Assembly (NCBI GenBank): GCA_043228905.1
Contig: JBHGNT010000004.1
Coordinates: 9,362,001 to 9,426,000, forward strand
Length of the DNA: 64,000 nucleotides
DNA from: Azolla caroliniana
Lineage: Eukaryota; Plantae; Polypodiophyta
Reading direction: 5' to 3'
The notes under the pieces: model-generated
What the model saw: only the letters and a program-made list of their open reading frames with translations
What the model was told of the DNA's origin: nothing
Databases searched by the model: none
Part shown: positions 39,801 to 51,579 of the stretch, piece by piece
Layout: each line of letters opens with the position of its first letter
How positions within the stretch are numbered: position 1 is the first letter of the stretch
Program-made: the position numbers and the translations under genes

Positions 39801-42800
39801 ATCGGCAGATTTCCGACATCTTCACCAAGCCTCTTGGTCTCGACAAGTTGCGGCATTTCTCGGGTGAGCTGGGTTTGCGTCACCTCGACACGCCGTACTT
39901 GAGGGGGAGAAAGGAAGAACAGGAACAGGCACAAGAGCGTGAAAGGAGTAGAGGTGGTCATTGCGGCGGAAGTGACCATGACGCGGAATCCGATGAAAAA
40001 TTCGATTTCGGGCTAGCTGAAGAAGCCAAAGAAAAGAGCAAGGGCCATAACCAGAGGGAAGACCCGAGGATAGCCAAATCAAGGGGAGATACAGCCAAGA
40101 TGGGCGTAAAGTCCAAGACCAAGACGTGGTCTGATGGAGTCAAAGGCCTAAAAACAAGAGACGAATTGGAGATAACCAATTCGGATGAGAGCAGAATTGA
40201 ATCGGAAGTGTTTGATTCAATCGGAATGTTCCATTCGGATACGCCGAATCAACTGAATGCCGTGCAAAAAAAGGGCAGCGAAGGGCGCGCTGATACCGTG
40301 ATAACAAGGGAGCTGAGAAGGGTCGGATGAGCAGACAAGCCGACCGGCAGGGTCAAAGTGTGCGGAATCGAATGGGTCGAGGAGCGTGAGCGAGGCGTGA
40401 AGCTAGAAGAAACCGGAGCGGTGATCCGGAAGTACCAAAAGCGCCTCATGTTGAGCTTGAGGGGGAGTGTTGAGATTTAAGCTCAACATTGGTCGGATTG
40501 GCTGCGCAAGCCGAGAACCAAATCAGTTGGGACTGATCGGTTAGGCCAGACCGGTGCGTAAACCGGTGCACAAAAAAGAAGTCGTAGCGGTGCGTAAACC
40601 GCGAGGCCGTTGGAAATATATTCCACGTAGGAATATATTTTGGGAGATAGTGTAGAGCTCATTTATGAGCATTGACGTACGTGTCAGTTATTCTGTCAGT
40701 CTATATGGACTTGTATAAAAGTGCTCACTGAGCACATTCTATGTATATACTGAGTATTATTTTTTGAATAGAGTAGTGTGTATTCTCTCTCTCTCAGTCT
40801 TTCTCTCCCGCATACTGTGTTTGTCCAAGCTCTCCTTTAAACCTGTGTTTTCCTACATTCTGCCTTCTATTGCTTCCGCACGTTGTTTTTCTACAAAGGC
40901 ATTACAAAACATGTTACAACCTATTCGGTTCAAGTTGTGGCGGAAGGGAGAAATGATGGGAGTTACATGGATTTCATGGGACCATTGGGATACTCCTAAA
41001 AGGTTAGGTGGTGCAACAATATTGGATTTGGAAAGGCATTTGATGGCTTGTAGATTTGTATTATTACAAGATATATGTCAACAAGATCAAGCATAAATAT
41101 CTATGATGCAATATTTTATTGAGCATGAAGGATTGGTGCATGGGAAAACAAAGATTCAAGCGTCATGGTGGTCACTACGTAATGGCAGTATTCCTCTAAA
41201 GATTCGTCATTCTGTATGTGGTCAACATTTGGTACGATCGTGGCAAGATGATTGAGAATATTGTAATTCATTACAAAATGAATTGCTTGTTTCTTCTCTA
41301 GCGTTGTTTTGCCATGGGAAAGAGAAGTTGAGATCTCAATTCAATCATTTAGTTCGATTGGGGATTGTACATTTGGAAGATGTGGTTGATAATGAATCTC
41401 AAAGGTTGTTAGATTTTGAAGATGCCAAGAGATGGTTATGTATTCACCCAAATTATGGATTTATTAGGGAGAAATTACAAGAGATACCATTGTTGCAAGG
41501 ATCTTTGCCATTGAAAACAAAATTTGCACCTTGGGTCGATTGGCGGTTACAAGATGGTGCACGCTTGTTACAGGTCACTAGAAATATATTGTATCATCAT
41601 GCCATGGCATCATTATCTTGGCTATCTCCTGAAGCAACAAAGTTGTGGAATGTATATAAGTCAGAGGCAAGGTGGTGGAAAATATTACGTGGTTGGCATT
41701 CCCATCTACCATTTCGTGCAACAGTATTCATATGGAGAGTCATGATTGGTGGGCTCCCATTAGGTTCAGCCTTAAAGAGACCAGGACTAGGGTCTAGCAC
41801 TTGTTTCTTTTGCATTGTTCCATTGGAGGATAGTACACATAGGTTCATTAAATGTCCTATAACGTGTACCATTTGGAAGTTCTTATCCGCCATTTGGCAA
41901 GTTTTAGCCCGTTGTTGTTTGAGACCTCAACGATGGGTTTTTTCTCAATATGCTCAAAATGGATCAAATGATGAGATTGAGATATTGTTCTAATTTTTAC
42001 GTTATTGGGGTCTACAACACAATTGGAATATGCATAATGCTTTCATGTTTGATAATAGACACGGGGTGGAAGCCTATATAAAGAAGCTGAAAGGTATATT
42101 ATCATGTGGATTTTTTGGATGTTAGCGCATGGGGGGATCATTTCCTCAAATGCTTATTCAAGTTTTTTAATAGCATTACACAACGTTCCTCTCCCTACAT
42201 AGGCATATGATAGGTAGAGGAGACTAAGAAATGTTGTAACTAAGTGGATTTTACATAAACTTAATATAATTATGTGCTTTTACCCAAAAAGAAGAAGAGA
42301 AACAAACAAACAAAGCTATATTAACGTCTTCGAAGGCCAAAATTGGCCCATGAGACAGTTGGTTTACAACAAAATGGGTATTTATCCAATTATCAAAACT
42401 AAAATAAAATAAAGTGAAAATAGAACTTAAGCTAAAAGAGTTCTAGTTACAAAACGTGGTATACGCTGTCGTGACGTGGCTCGTCCAAAAGCGTAGCATT
42501 GTGTAGACAAAAGATATCGTGAAGGTGAGGAAGGAATCACTAGGATTATGGATGGAAGGGATGAAAGAGTAGAGGTAGAGTAAATAGAGATCAACAAGAT
42601 ATGACAAGATAGGATATAGAATGATATTTGACAAACACGTTCGCGTTCACAAGTGGAAGGATTGCGCATTCCACTTGTAGAATCTTCTTAAAACGAAGCA
42701 AATACACCCTCTCTACAAAAATTGGATGCACTAGTATCACATGTTCCTCAACTTGATGAGAATTTGCAAATATAAAAATACATGATAGATCTACGAGTGG

Positions 42801-43680
42801 AGATCAATGAAATCATGCAAGTTTAGACATGTTGATAAGTTAATGTAGGCAAAATAAAGTTCAACTATGGCTCAATATGGCACTATTGTGCGACAAGGGA
42901 AACACTAACTTAAAGACTTATATTAATTAGGTAAGTTTTACAAAAATATGAGGTGTACTTGTATCCATACTAATAAAATGAGATATAATCTATACTTTGA
43001 CCCATACGCGCATGTATGTAATTGTGGAAAATGTAGGATAGTGCACATTAGGATAAGTGATTGGAATAACTAACTTATTAAAGTATTCAATACTTGTATT
43101 TAAAGTTGATCTAATCTATTGCTCAGTTTGTTCATATGAGATCAAACCATATGTGTATATAATTGTGCACATTGTAAGGCAGTGAACTTTAGGATAATGT
43201 CGTGGAAATAACAAACCTATTAGGCTTTCATACCTGTATTTAAAATTGGTCTACTCTATTGCTTAGGTGATTCACACAAGATCAAACTCCGAACGATAAC
43301 GCAACTGGAACCATTATCAACACACTACACAAACTAAGCAGCAATGGAATAGAAACATAATAGTTTTAACAATAGAAGACAAAGATCCATAATAACAACA
43401 TGGACAGTCATGGCAACAATTATAGGGCCATGTTCTGTTAAGGTTAGCTTGGACCAAAATCAGCCTCCATTTAAACTAGTTCATGTTTCTCCGTAAGTTT
43501 GGTAGTCAGCTATGCACGCGGTGAAACCAATGTCATAAATCTACTAATCAAGTATATAAAAATAAAATTGAAACATATAGAAGATTATAAAGAATAGAAT
43601 CCACTAGGTAAAACCCAATATTTGTATTAATAATGTGAAATCTTAACAAATCGTCAGTGTCATATTCTTCATAGAGTCTA

Positions 43681-46600
43681 TTACATAGCAATCAATTCAT
43701 CAACGTCATTTTCTTCATCATCTTGTGTAGAACTGTCTTCGGCTATACGTGCATTGGTTTCCCCTGTTAGCCGAGCCAACGAAATATCTTCGATAAGCTC
43801 ATCATCAAGCTCTATTAGCTCCCCCGGTTCGCCGGCTAACGGAGGAATAGGGTCTCGCGAAGCAGGTTGAAACCTTTCTGTATTGGCGAGGTTCTTTGCA
43901 CCGACCTCCTCATCCTGGTCTGGGCACTCCCACAAAGCCTTAATCCGCATATTAATAAATATAACTTGGTCCTCGTCCTTCTCCAATGCAACTGTATTTC
44001 TAAACAGCTTCAATGCACATGCTGACGTAGTTCCTGTGATTTAAGTAACAAGAAGATTTAGTTGTCAAACGAAAAAAAAGTGATTGGTTATCTCAAGATC
44101 GTTACCCTAGTTCGAGGAATACCTGTGCTAGAAAAGAGATCTAATATCCAGTCTCCTTCGACAGAAAACATCTCGATCAAGCGCATCATAAGTCGTTGAG
44201 GTTTTTGGTATGGGTTGACAAGTCCCCGTTCTGTCGTGGTGACATGTCGCAATTTCCGAGTCACTGCTGGATATACCAACAGATTTGAACCTCCCACTTC
44301 ATTAGAATGCTCTTTGATTCTCTGTTTCTTAATTTCATCGAACTAGCCAACCGTTATGTATTCAATGGCATTAACGAACCGAAAAGTTGGCCCTCTATTT
44401 ACATTGGTCTTGATCCTATAAAAAATAATACATCGAGTTAAGAATAGATTCAACAACCTTAAGAAATGCAATATAGTGAAAGACACCTATAAATAATCCT
44501 TACCATGCAAGGTTCTCGATGCCATGGCAACGAGATCTCAAAGCTTGAGCTACCGAGTACCCTTGGTCCATACTATGAAAGACAACTATTCGCCACAAGG
44601 ATGCGGTCGTTAGCTCAGCGAAATCCTTGACCATCTTCTCCAATTGTTTAAACCTAAACGGTTCATTGTCGTATGATGACCCAGCCATTCGAAATCCGTA
44701 AGGAATATCCGCAATCATTAGCGTATATTCCTTCTTTGGCACCTTCTGGATCAAGTCGATGACATCACCGCAAACCACATTGTAGTAAAGATCTCTTGTA
44801 ATATCTTTTTTGTGGCTAAATTTTTTAAAGGAGCCATCTTCCTCCATTTCGTACGCCTTGCCTAAGCGACGATCCTTTTCTTTTCTGGCTCGTTCGAGAT
44901 GTGCAAGGAAGGATGTAGGGAAATCATGTATATCCTTAACTCCTCCTTGTTTCTTGCCTCGACACGGTTTTCTAATAGAAGCAATAGGACATCAGGTATT
45001 ATTATACAAGCTCTACATATGATGAAAGCGTAATGAAAAAACATGAATACTAACCCAATCCTTGAATGCAATAAAATACTCTGATAACGCCTTATACGAA
45101 GACGTTAGAGGATAATCCTCGGTCACTTGTTCCCAAGTTATACATCCAAGTTGTTTCATCATAACTTCTTAGATCTTCATGTACACCTTATGACTGTAAA
45201 ATTAGAAATCAAGATTAGAACTTTGAATTACACTAGATAGACTACAATTTCAGTATTTGAGGGACTTACTTATTGAACTCAGTGACCATTTCTTCAAGGC
45301 TTAAATCTTTCGCCACAACCCGTGACAAAACCGACACAAGAAGCTGCTCGTCCTTCATACCTTGCATCGCTCTCCATAGAGACAGCTTCATGTCATCTGC
45401 CGCTTCTTTAATTGTCAAGTCAATTTTCTTGGCGGCTTGTGACTTTAACTCTACTTGAGGGTCAACCCTACATTTCTTTTGTCGTTGACCCTTTACCTCC
45501 TTATTGTCCCACATTGAGAAGATTTGATCTTGTAGGTCCCATACTTCTCCATCTCTAAACGCCAATTGAAACCAAGACTCATACTTTCGAAGACCATCGG
45601 ACCTAACATTATCATCTACCACAATGCCGACTTCATGCAGACATTGACGTCGAAGGCCTGGATGTAACTTCACACCAAACTTTTGTTTCACATCTAAATA
45701 CTCGTGGTGGAAGAACCGTATACGCTCAATGGACGACATTTTCTGCCTATAGTCATTATCATTATTATGGTCCCATGCCAACAGCTTAGCCTCTTCGGTT
45801 GTGAGCCCAACATAAATTTTGCACTCGGCATACTTGAAGAAGAAAGTGGTTGGATGTTCTGTCACAAGTTGCCGACGTGCCTCTGCTGAATGCGATCCAC
45901 CAATGACAAAATAATTATATTGATCATGTTTTCTAATATCAAAATCTTCAATGGTTTCACATTCTTCAGGATCTACCATAACAATAAAAGGCACCACAGT
46001 GGCATGAGGATTAATTTTCATTTTTTTCTTGAGATTTTGAACATGCATGCGGTGAGGGTCTCTAATCTCAAGTGGTCTTCGACCTGGTTTTTCATCAATA
46101 GGGGGCCGATGGATGTGTGTTATAGGCAAATTAAATACTTGCCCTTTCCTGACGAACTTCCGTTGCATTAACTCTCTCCTTATTTTATTCTGCTCAGATG
46201 ACAAAACACCCGAGGCCAGCTCAGCTCCTGGCGTCCCCTTATTATCCTCCTCTTCGTTTTCACTTGTTGAATCCGTATCCGACATTTTCGTTGTCTTCTT
46301 CTTTGCTGGTCTTGACTGGACTTTGGAAACCTTTTTTGTTGGCTTCAATGGGGAGGGCACTTCATCTCTTAGAGTTACATGGCCTTGTATATAAGGCCTC
46401 AAGGTAACAATAAGGTTTTGTGAGCTATCAAGTGCTTTTTTGAACACTTCTGGCCCACAAGATTCTTTTACTAAAAGGTCTTCTGAAAGGAACACTTTAC
46501 GTACCCCCTTGGAGCACTCTATCATTACCAGTATGTTGGCCGAATCTGCATCTTCGTAGTCAAATCGTAGAATACGGCCATACATAAATGGGATTTCCTT

Positions 46601-47980
46601 TCCAAGTTGCCCCTCACCCTTCTTCTTTGTTGTATACAATACGACTTTTTTCTTTGAGTCGACATATTGCATACACCATTCCTTGTCCGTTATATCTCGG
46701 TCAGGAAGGTCTTCACCTCCAGTAGCGGCGACAAGTTTCTTTTGGCTAACATCACTATGTGGCTGAGATTTTGTCTCTTCGTTAAAGAGAAGCTTTTTTC
46801 CTCTCTTCATGGTCTTTGGAGTTACCTTGGTCTGGGCTTCGATTGGAGAACCTTGTATGCGAAGCTTTATTTTCTTCACCGGTCGGTCCGACAGGTTTTC
46901 AAACGACCTATTTAAGAAAGTATATGCAAAAACATAAGTTAGGTAGTCACGTAGATTAAGGTTGTATATTAACATGAAGAACAGTTCCCAGGAGCAGTCC
47001 TATATTCAAAAATCTATTATAGGCAGGGCTATTCAACCTAGAAAATATATATCGTAATAAGTAAAAAGGGTTATATATTCTTTTAAATAGTAGGTATGAC
47101 TTATATAGATTCCAAACCTATATTGACGAGAATTTGCTATCGTAAAGGCAATTTGTGGATCATTTTCTACTATTTTAAGCTAAAGTAGGTCATAAAACAC
47201 CTATAATTAGAGCATGTTTTTTTTTAAAAGTAAGGTAAGCCAACATAAAAAGACTGATTTTGCCAGACAATTTGATATCTCTTTCTATCCCAAAATTATT
47301 TGTTACCCCAAAAATACAATTTTTCTCTCTCAAAGCCTTATTATATACATGAACTCGATACGGCGTTATCGAGTTCCTGTTTAAAACCTACCCTTTAAAC
47401 AGGAACTCGATACGGCGTATCGAGTTCGTGTTTAAAACCTACACTTTAAACAGGAACTCGATATGGCGTATCAAGTTCGTGTTTAAAACCTAAACTTTAA
47501 ACAGGAACTCGATACGGCGTATCGAGTTCGTGTTTAAAACCTACACTTTAAACAGGAACTCGATAACTCGATACGCCGTATCGAGTTCCTGTTTAAAGTT
47601 TAGGTTTTAAACACGAACTCGATACGCTGTATCGAGTTCCTATTTAAAATCCAAACTTTAAACATGAACTCGATACGGCGTATCGAGTTCCTGTTTAAAA
47701 CCTACACTTTAAACAGGAACTCGATACGCCATATCGAGTTCCTGTTTAAAGTGTAGGTTTAGGACAGGAACTCGATACGGCGTATCGAGTTCCTGTATAA
47801 AAAGCAAAATTAAATTATGAACTCGATACGCCGTATCGAGTTCATGTATAAATATTTGTATTGTATACATGAACCCGATACGGGGTATCGAGTTCTTGAG
47901 AAACGAAACATATTTACAAAAATGTCCACAGTGTCAGAGGCCTAAGTGGAGTCCTTGCGCTCGATTCTCTTTGAAGACAT
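43681..47980 (-). pseudogene. ParB-like/beta-class DNA amino-methyltransferase fusion, 6 exons (47980-47946, 46907-45270, 45193-45055, 44971-44504, 44415-44123, 44033-43681), copy 1 disrupted
   Basis: ParB/Srx-like PFIVMVD...YFVIGGSHSAEARRQL...LTTEEAKLLAWDHN; MTase motifs GDVIDL, ADIPY, WIK..EYI, NPYQKP..L..RLI, ILDLFSSTGTT..A....R...LE. Lesions: exon-1 donor lost, stops in exons 3 and 5, +1 A at the start of exon 4. Confidence 0.88.
47345..47900. repeat. Phased palindrome array, copy 1 (about 11 units, ~51-bp period)
   Basis: Repeated GAACTCGATACG(C/G)CGTATCGAGTTC with TTTAAACA(C/G/T) arm extensions. Confidence 0.95.
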
Positions 47981-48121
47981 GTTTGATCGTGTGGAAGTGG
48001 AGGCGGAGATCGCGCTTTCGTGCTTTGTGCTCTGTGTGCTTTGTGTGCTCTGTGTGCTCTCTATGTTCTATGTGCTCTGTACGCTCTGTACGCTCTGGTG
48101 AGTGAAATATGACGAGGTCTT

Positions 48122-48133
48122 CCTATTTATAGG
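48122..48133 (-). promoter_or_regulatory. Candidate TATA box of the ParB-MTase gene
   Basis: CCTATAAATAGG on the minus strand about 140 bp upstream of the exon-1 ATG; conserved in copy 2 near 60313-60324. Confidence 0.5.
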
Positions 48134-48798
48134 GATTGAACACATTGGTTAAAGTAACCATAGTCACCTTAACCAAGGTTGGTAACTTTGAGCATAGTTA
48201 GTTGGTAACCATAGTCACATTAACTAGAGTAACTTATGATTGTATTAATGATTACAAAGTCAAACTACCATATTGATCAATCTTTTATAGTCATAACAAC
48301 CTACAATGACTTCAAAGGTTATGAATGAGACAATGATAGAGGTTCATGAATGTACCAATGATTGATTACTAAAACCAACAATTTTTATGACTCTCAAATG
48401 TTGTGTATTAAAGATGTGGGCATAAATTAACCAATGATTGATAAGTCTAATATTTAAAATGGTGAGCGTTAAAGAACCAATGAGTGAGACGTTCTATATC
48501 AAAATGGGTGCCATTAATTAGCCAATGATTTTAACATTAATCCAACATATTCATGGCTTGTTAATGATTAGTTTTATATTTTACTTGATTTAACTTTATA
48601 TAGATCTAGTTTATATAATAATTGATATTTTAAGTACAATTACTTTATTAAAAATAATTTTTTGATGTATTGTATTTTAATAGAATATTACATAATATAG
48701 ACATTCTATTGATTTGGCTTTTGTTTAGAGAGGAGGTTATTAGTTTTTTTCTTTCCCCTAAGCCCATAACTTAGAGAGCCCTATCTAGACCTTAAGCC

Positions 48799-51579
48799 AT
48801 GAGTGAAGATTCACCGTTCTCGATTGAAGAATATTGTTTGTCATCAGACCCATCGTTTTCTACTGAAGAGTATTGTTTGTCATCAGAGTCACCATATTCA
48901 ATTGAAGAATATTGTCTGTCGACCGACTCACCATATTCTATCGAAGAATATTGTCTGAGCTCATCTACAGGGAATGTAAATAATGACACATGTGAAGAGT
49001 TCTCTATTGAAGAATACGATATTAATAAAGATACCGAGAATGAAGGAAGTGCCCAGGAAACATTGAATAACATTGGCGATGGTCACAGCAAAGAATTAGA
49101 CTGTAACAAGGTTACACCAACCTCTATGCAGGAAGAGAAATCTGGGAGCCCTATGCATATTAGAAGAATTCCACGAAGAATTCGTCTAGCTAGATTTAGC
49201 TTGGTGACATCAGATAAACAGATTGGATTTGATGTCAACAAAATATGTTGTGCCCGTGGTTGTATGTCTATGATTGGAAAATCAAAGTTGAGAGAATTAA
49301 GGCGATACTATTTTTCGATGACCGGTGATGAGCAAGACACTTACCTCGGGTCACATATGCAACTAGTATCTGACAAATGTACGGGGATCAAAGTATCATT
49401 CGAGTATTATATCTTCCATGCACAACAGATATATAGAGTTGCATTCAAAATTGCGTTATGTGTTAGTAACATGCGGCTACATAGAGTACAACAACGTCTA
49501 CTTAGCGGGGATCAGATGCTCAATTGTAAAGAGGTTCCAAGTATGAAAGGTGCAATTGGAAGACTAGCTATTGGCTGGATGAAAACTTACTTTCAGTTAA
49601 ATTGTGAAGTAATGCCCACTACAGGTAGGATGCATCTTTCTGATAATTATACACGTCGGGAAGTTTATGATGTCTATCGATCTGATATGCTAGGCTCACG
49701 TAATAAGTCGATCACATATAGCCAATTCACAAGATTATGGAGAGCTCGGTTTTCAAATGTTATTATTCCTCGTAAAGTACGTATGGGGTATTGCTCCATT
49801 TGTGCAAATCTTAAAAGTTTGGCTAAAGGTGCAAAGACATCAATGGAAAAGGATACGAGTAAGAAGTTACTACAAGAGCATCGTGAGGCACAATCCTTAG
49901 AACGAAGGAAGGCGATGCATCATAGAGAGAAGTGTTTGAAGAGGCCCGAACTATACATGTGCTTAATGATAGATGGCATGGACCAGAAGAAGACATGCTT
50001 GCCGCATATGCGGAGGCTCCCCAAAGATGTCAATGATGAGTGCCTTGTTCAAATGCACTTGGTGGGATGCTTGGCTTATAATAGGTCTGTTCGACCTCAC
50101 GTCTTCATTACTTACCCCAATGTTCACAATGACCCTAACCTAACAGTTACAGTGATTCACCGAGTTTTGATGTCTTGGGGACAACCTTTCCCCCCTGTTC
50201 TATACATTCAATTGGACAATACTGCTAGAGAGAACAAAAATTCAACTGTATTTGGCTATCTAAGTATGTTGGTCAACCTAGAATTGTTTAGGAAAGTGAA
50301 AGTCAATTTCCTTTTGGTTGGCCACACACATGACCATATAGATCAGATGTTTAGCACATTCTCCAGACAGTTGTCTCGGCATGATGCTTTCACTTTACCT
50401 AAACTATTTGATGTCATTTGTGATGCTTATACACCACGCCCAAAAGTGTTACACTTGAAGGAGGTATATGACTTTAAGAGATATATATTAGATGGGGGTG
50501 GTGGGAATGTTAAAGTGCTTGCTCAGTTAAACAATATAAGTTTCAATCACATTTTTTTGATAAAGAAAAATGGAATAAGTGGTTCTACACTTTTGTATGC
50601 CAAACAATATTCATCTTCTACAACATGGGAACCTGAAGGTGGTTGCCAGTTATTACTTTGTATGCCGAGTACAATTGTCCATGGAGCTAAGCAAATGCCA
50701 ATTGAGAAGAAAGGACAGTTGCAGAGCGACTTGGTATCAGAACAAAAACGGTCATGGCTCCAAGCCTTAGAAGAAAAAAGAAAGCATATTGAGGCCGCCA
50801 AGAAATATGCCGCACAACAAGACACATCATGGTAGGATGTATTTTATAGTGATCAGAAAGAAATTATAGACAATTGTGTATCTGTTGATAATTGGAATTT
50901 GGAAACGCCATTCACATGGTCGTTGCAACATGATTGCGTAAATAGAAGTCTAGAGCAACTAGTAAATGCGATTAATGACAGCTTGGTCCATCCACAACAA
51001 AGAGACATTTATGTGGGACCAAGGATGACCAAAGCAGCCGAAGCTAGATGGCAAGGAAATTTGCAAGAGCTCACCGCGGGGATGTTGATTGCAACGCCGG
51101 CTGATGAGAACTCACATGGCCACCAATTTTGGGTTGGTAAAATTCTAGAAGTGTTAATGCATGAAATAGAAAACACAATCAAGTCTATAAATGTTCATTG
51201 GTACAACACTAGAAGTGCAAATGCTTTTACAGGTAAGTATACATTGGAGATGATTGAATGCCAAACAAGAAGGGGAGGTAGGAAGAGGAAGCGAAACATT
51301 CGTAACACCTCGACCCTTGATATCTCTGATGTGGATATCATCGTGTACGACTTCACACTTACAAAAGCCGGACGATTAAGGAAGTCAACAATAGATATAA
51401 TAAAAGAAAAATTACCAGGTTTACAAGGTGGCTCGAGTCAAAGGCAAACGAGATCTGCTACATATAATCTAGAGTCAAACCATTTGGTTTATGACGAAGA
51501 TAATGCACTGATTGGTACATCCGAGGATGATGAGGAGGAATCGTCATTGTATATTAGTTATAGTAGTGATTCTCCATAA
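48799..51579 (+). pseudogene. Sola-like DDD transposase, copy 1 (TGG to TAG at 50833-50835)
   Basis: Near-identical to the intact ORF at 60997-63759 apart from one nonsense change and a small in-frame indel. Confidence 0.9.

Larger units (their letters stand above)
27213..40895 (+). mobile_element. Ty1/Copia element, degenerate, inserted in the LINE and interrupted by a Gypsy element
   Basis: 5' LTR 27213-27625, PBS TGGTATCAGAGC, gag ~27700-28545, pol resumes at 36877 and runs to 40330, PPT, 3' LTR 40468-40895. TSD imperfect (GAAGC/AAGGC). Confidence 0.93.
16070..42315 (+). mobile_element. L1/Tx1-type LINE, fragmented by nested insertions (pieces ~16070-16276, 24494-27212, 40896-42315)
   Basis: ORF1 zinc knuckle CLKCGNLGHFMDEC; endonuclease IYAPN, SRLDR, SDHFP; RT KSPDWDG, WRP, YPLG; zf-RVT CFFC..EDSTHRFIKC; A-rich tail near 42285-42315. 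Confidence 0.85.

Noticed and set aside
45266-46975. 569-aa ORF as a standalone gene starting MLIYNL
   Set aside because: The first residues differ between copies and lie upstream of a conserved acceptor at 46908-46910; the ORF is exon 2.
47345-47900. Palindromic repeat-spacer array resembling CRISPR (also 59583-60080)
   Set aside because: Spacers are short and reused rather than unique, no cas genes are present, and the array lies in a spliceosomal intron.
43681-47980. Bacterial or phage contamination as the source of the MTase
   Set aside because: The gene has five spliceosomal-type introns and sits within TIRs and a TSD nested in plant retroelements, in two copies.
47869-48105. Cys-rich short ORF (CSVCSVC), also 60028-60367
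   Set aside because: It arises from a 9-bp TGCTCTGTG repeat in the likely 5' UTR of the minus-strand gene, and the frame is not conserved between copies.
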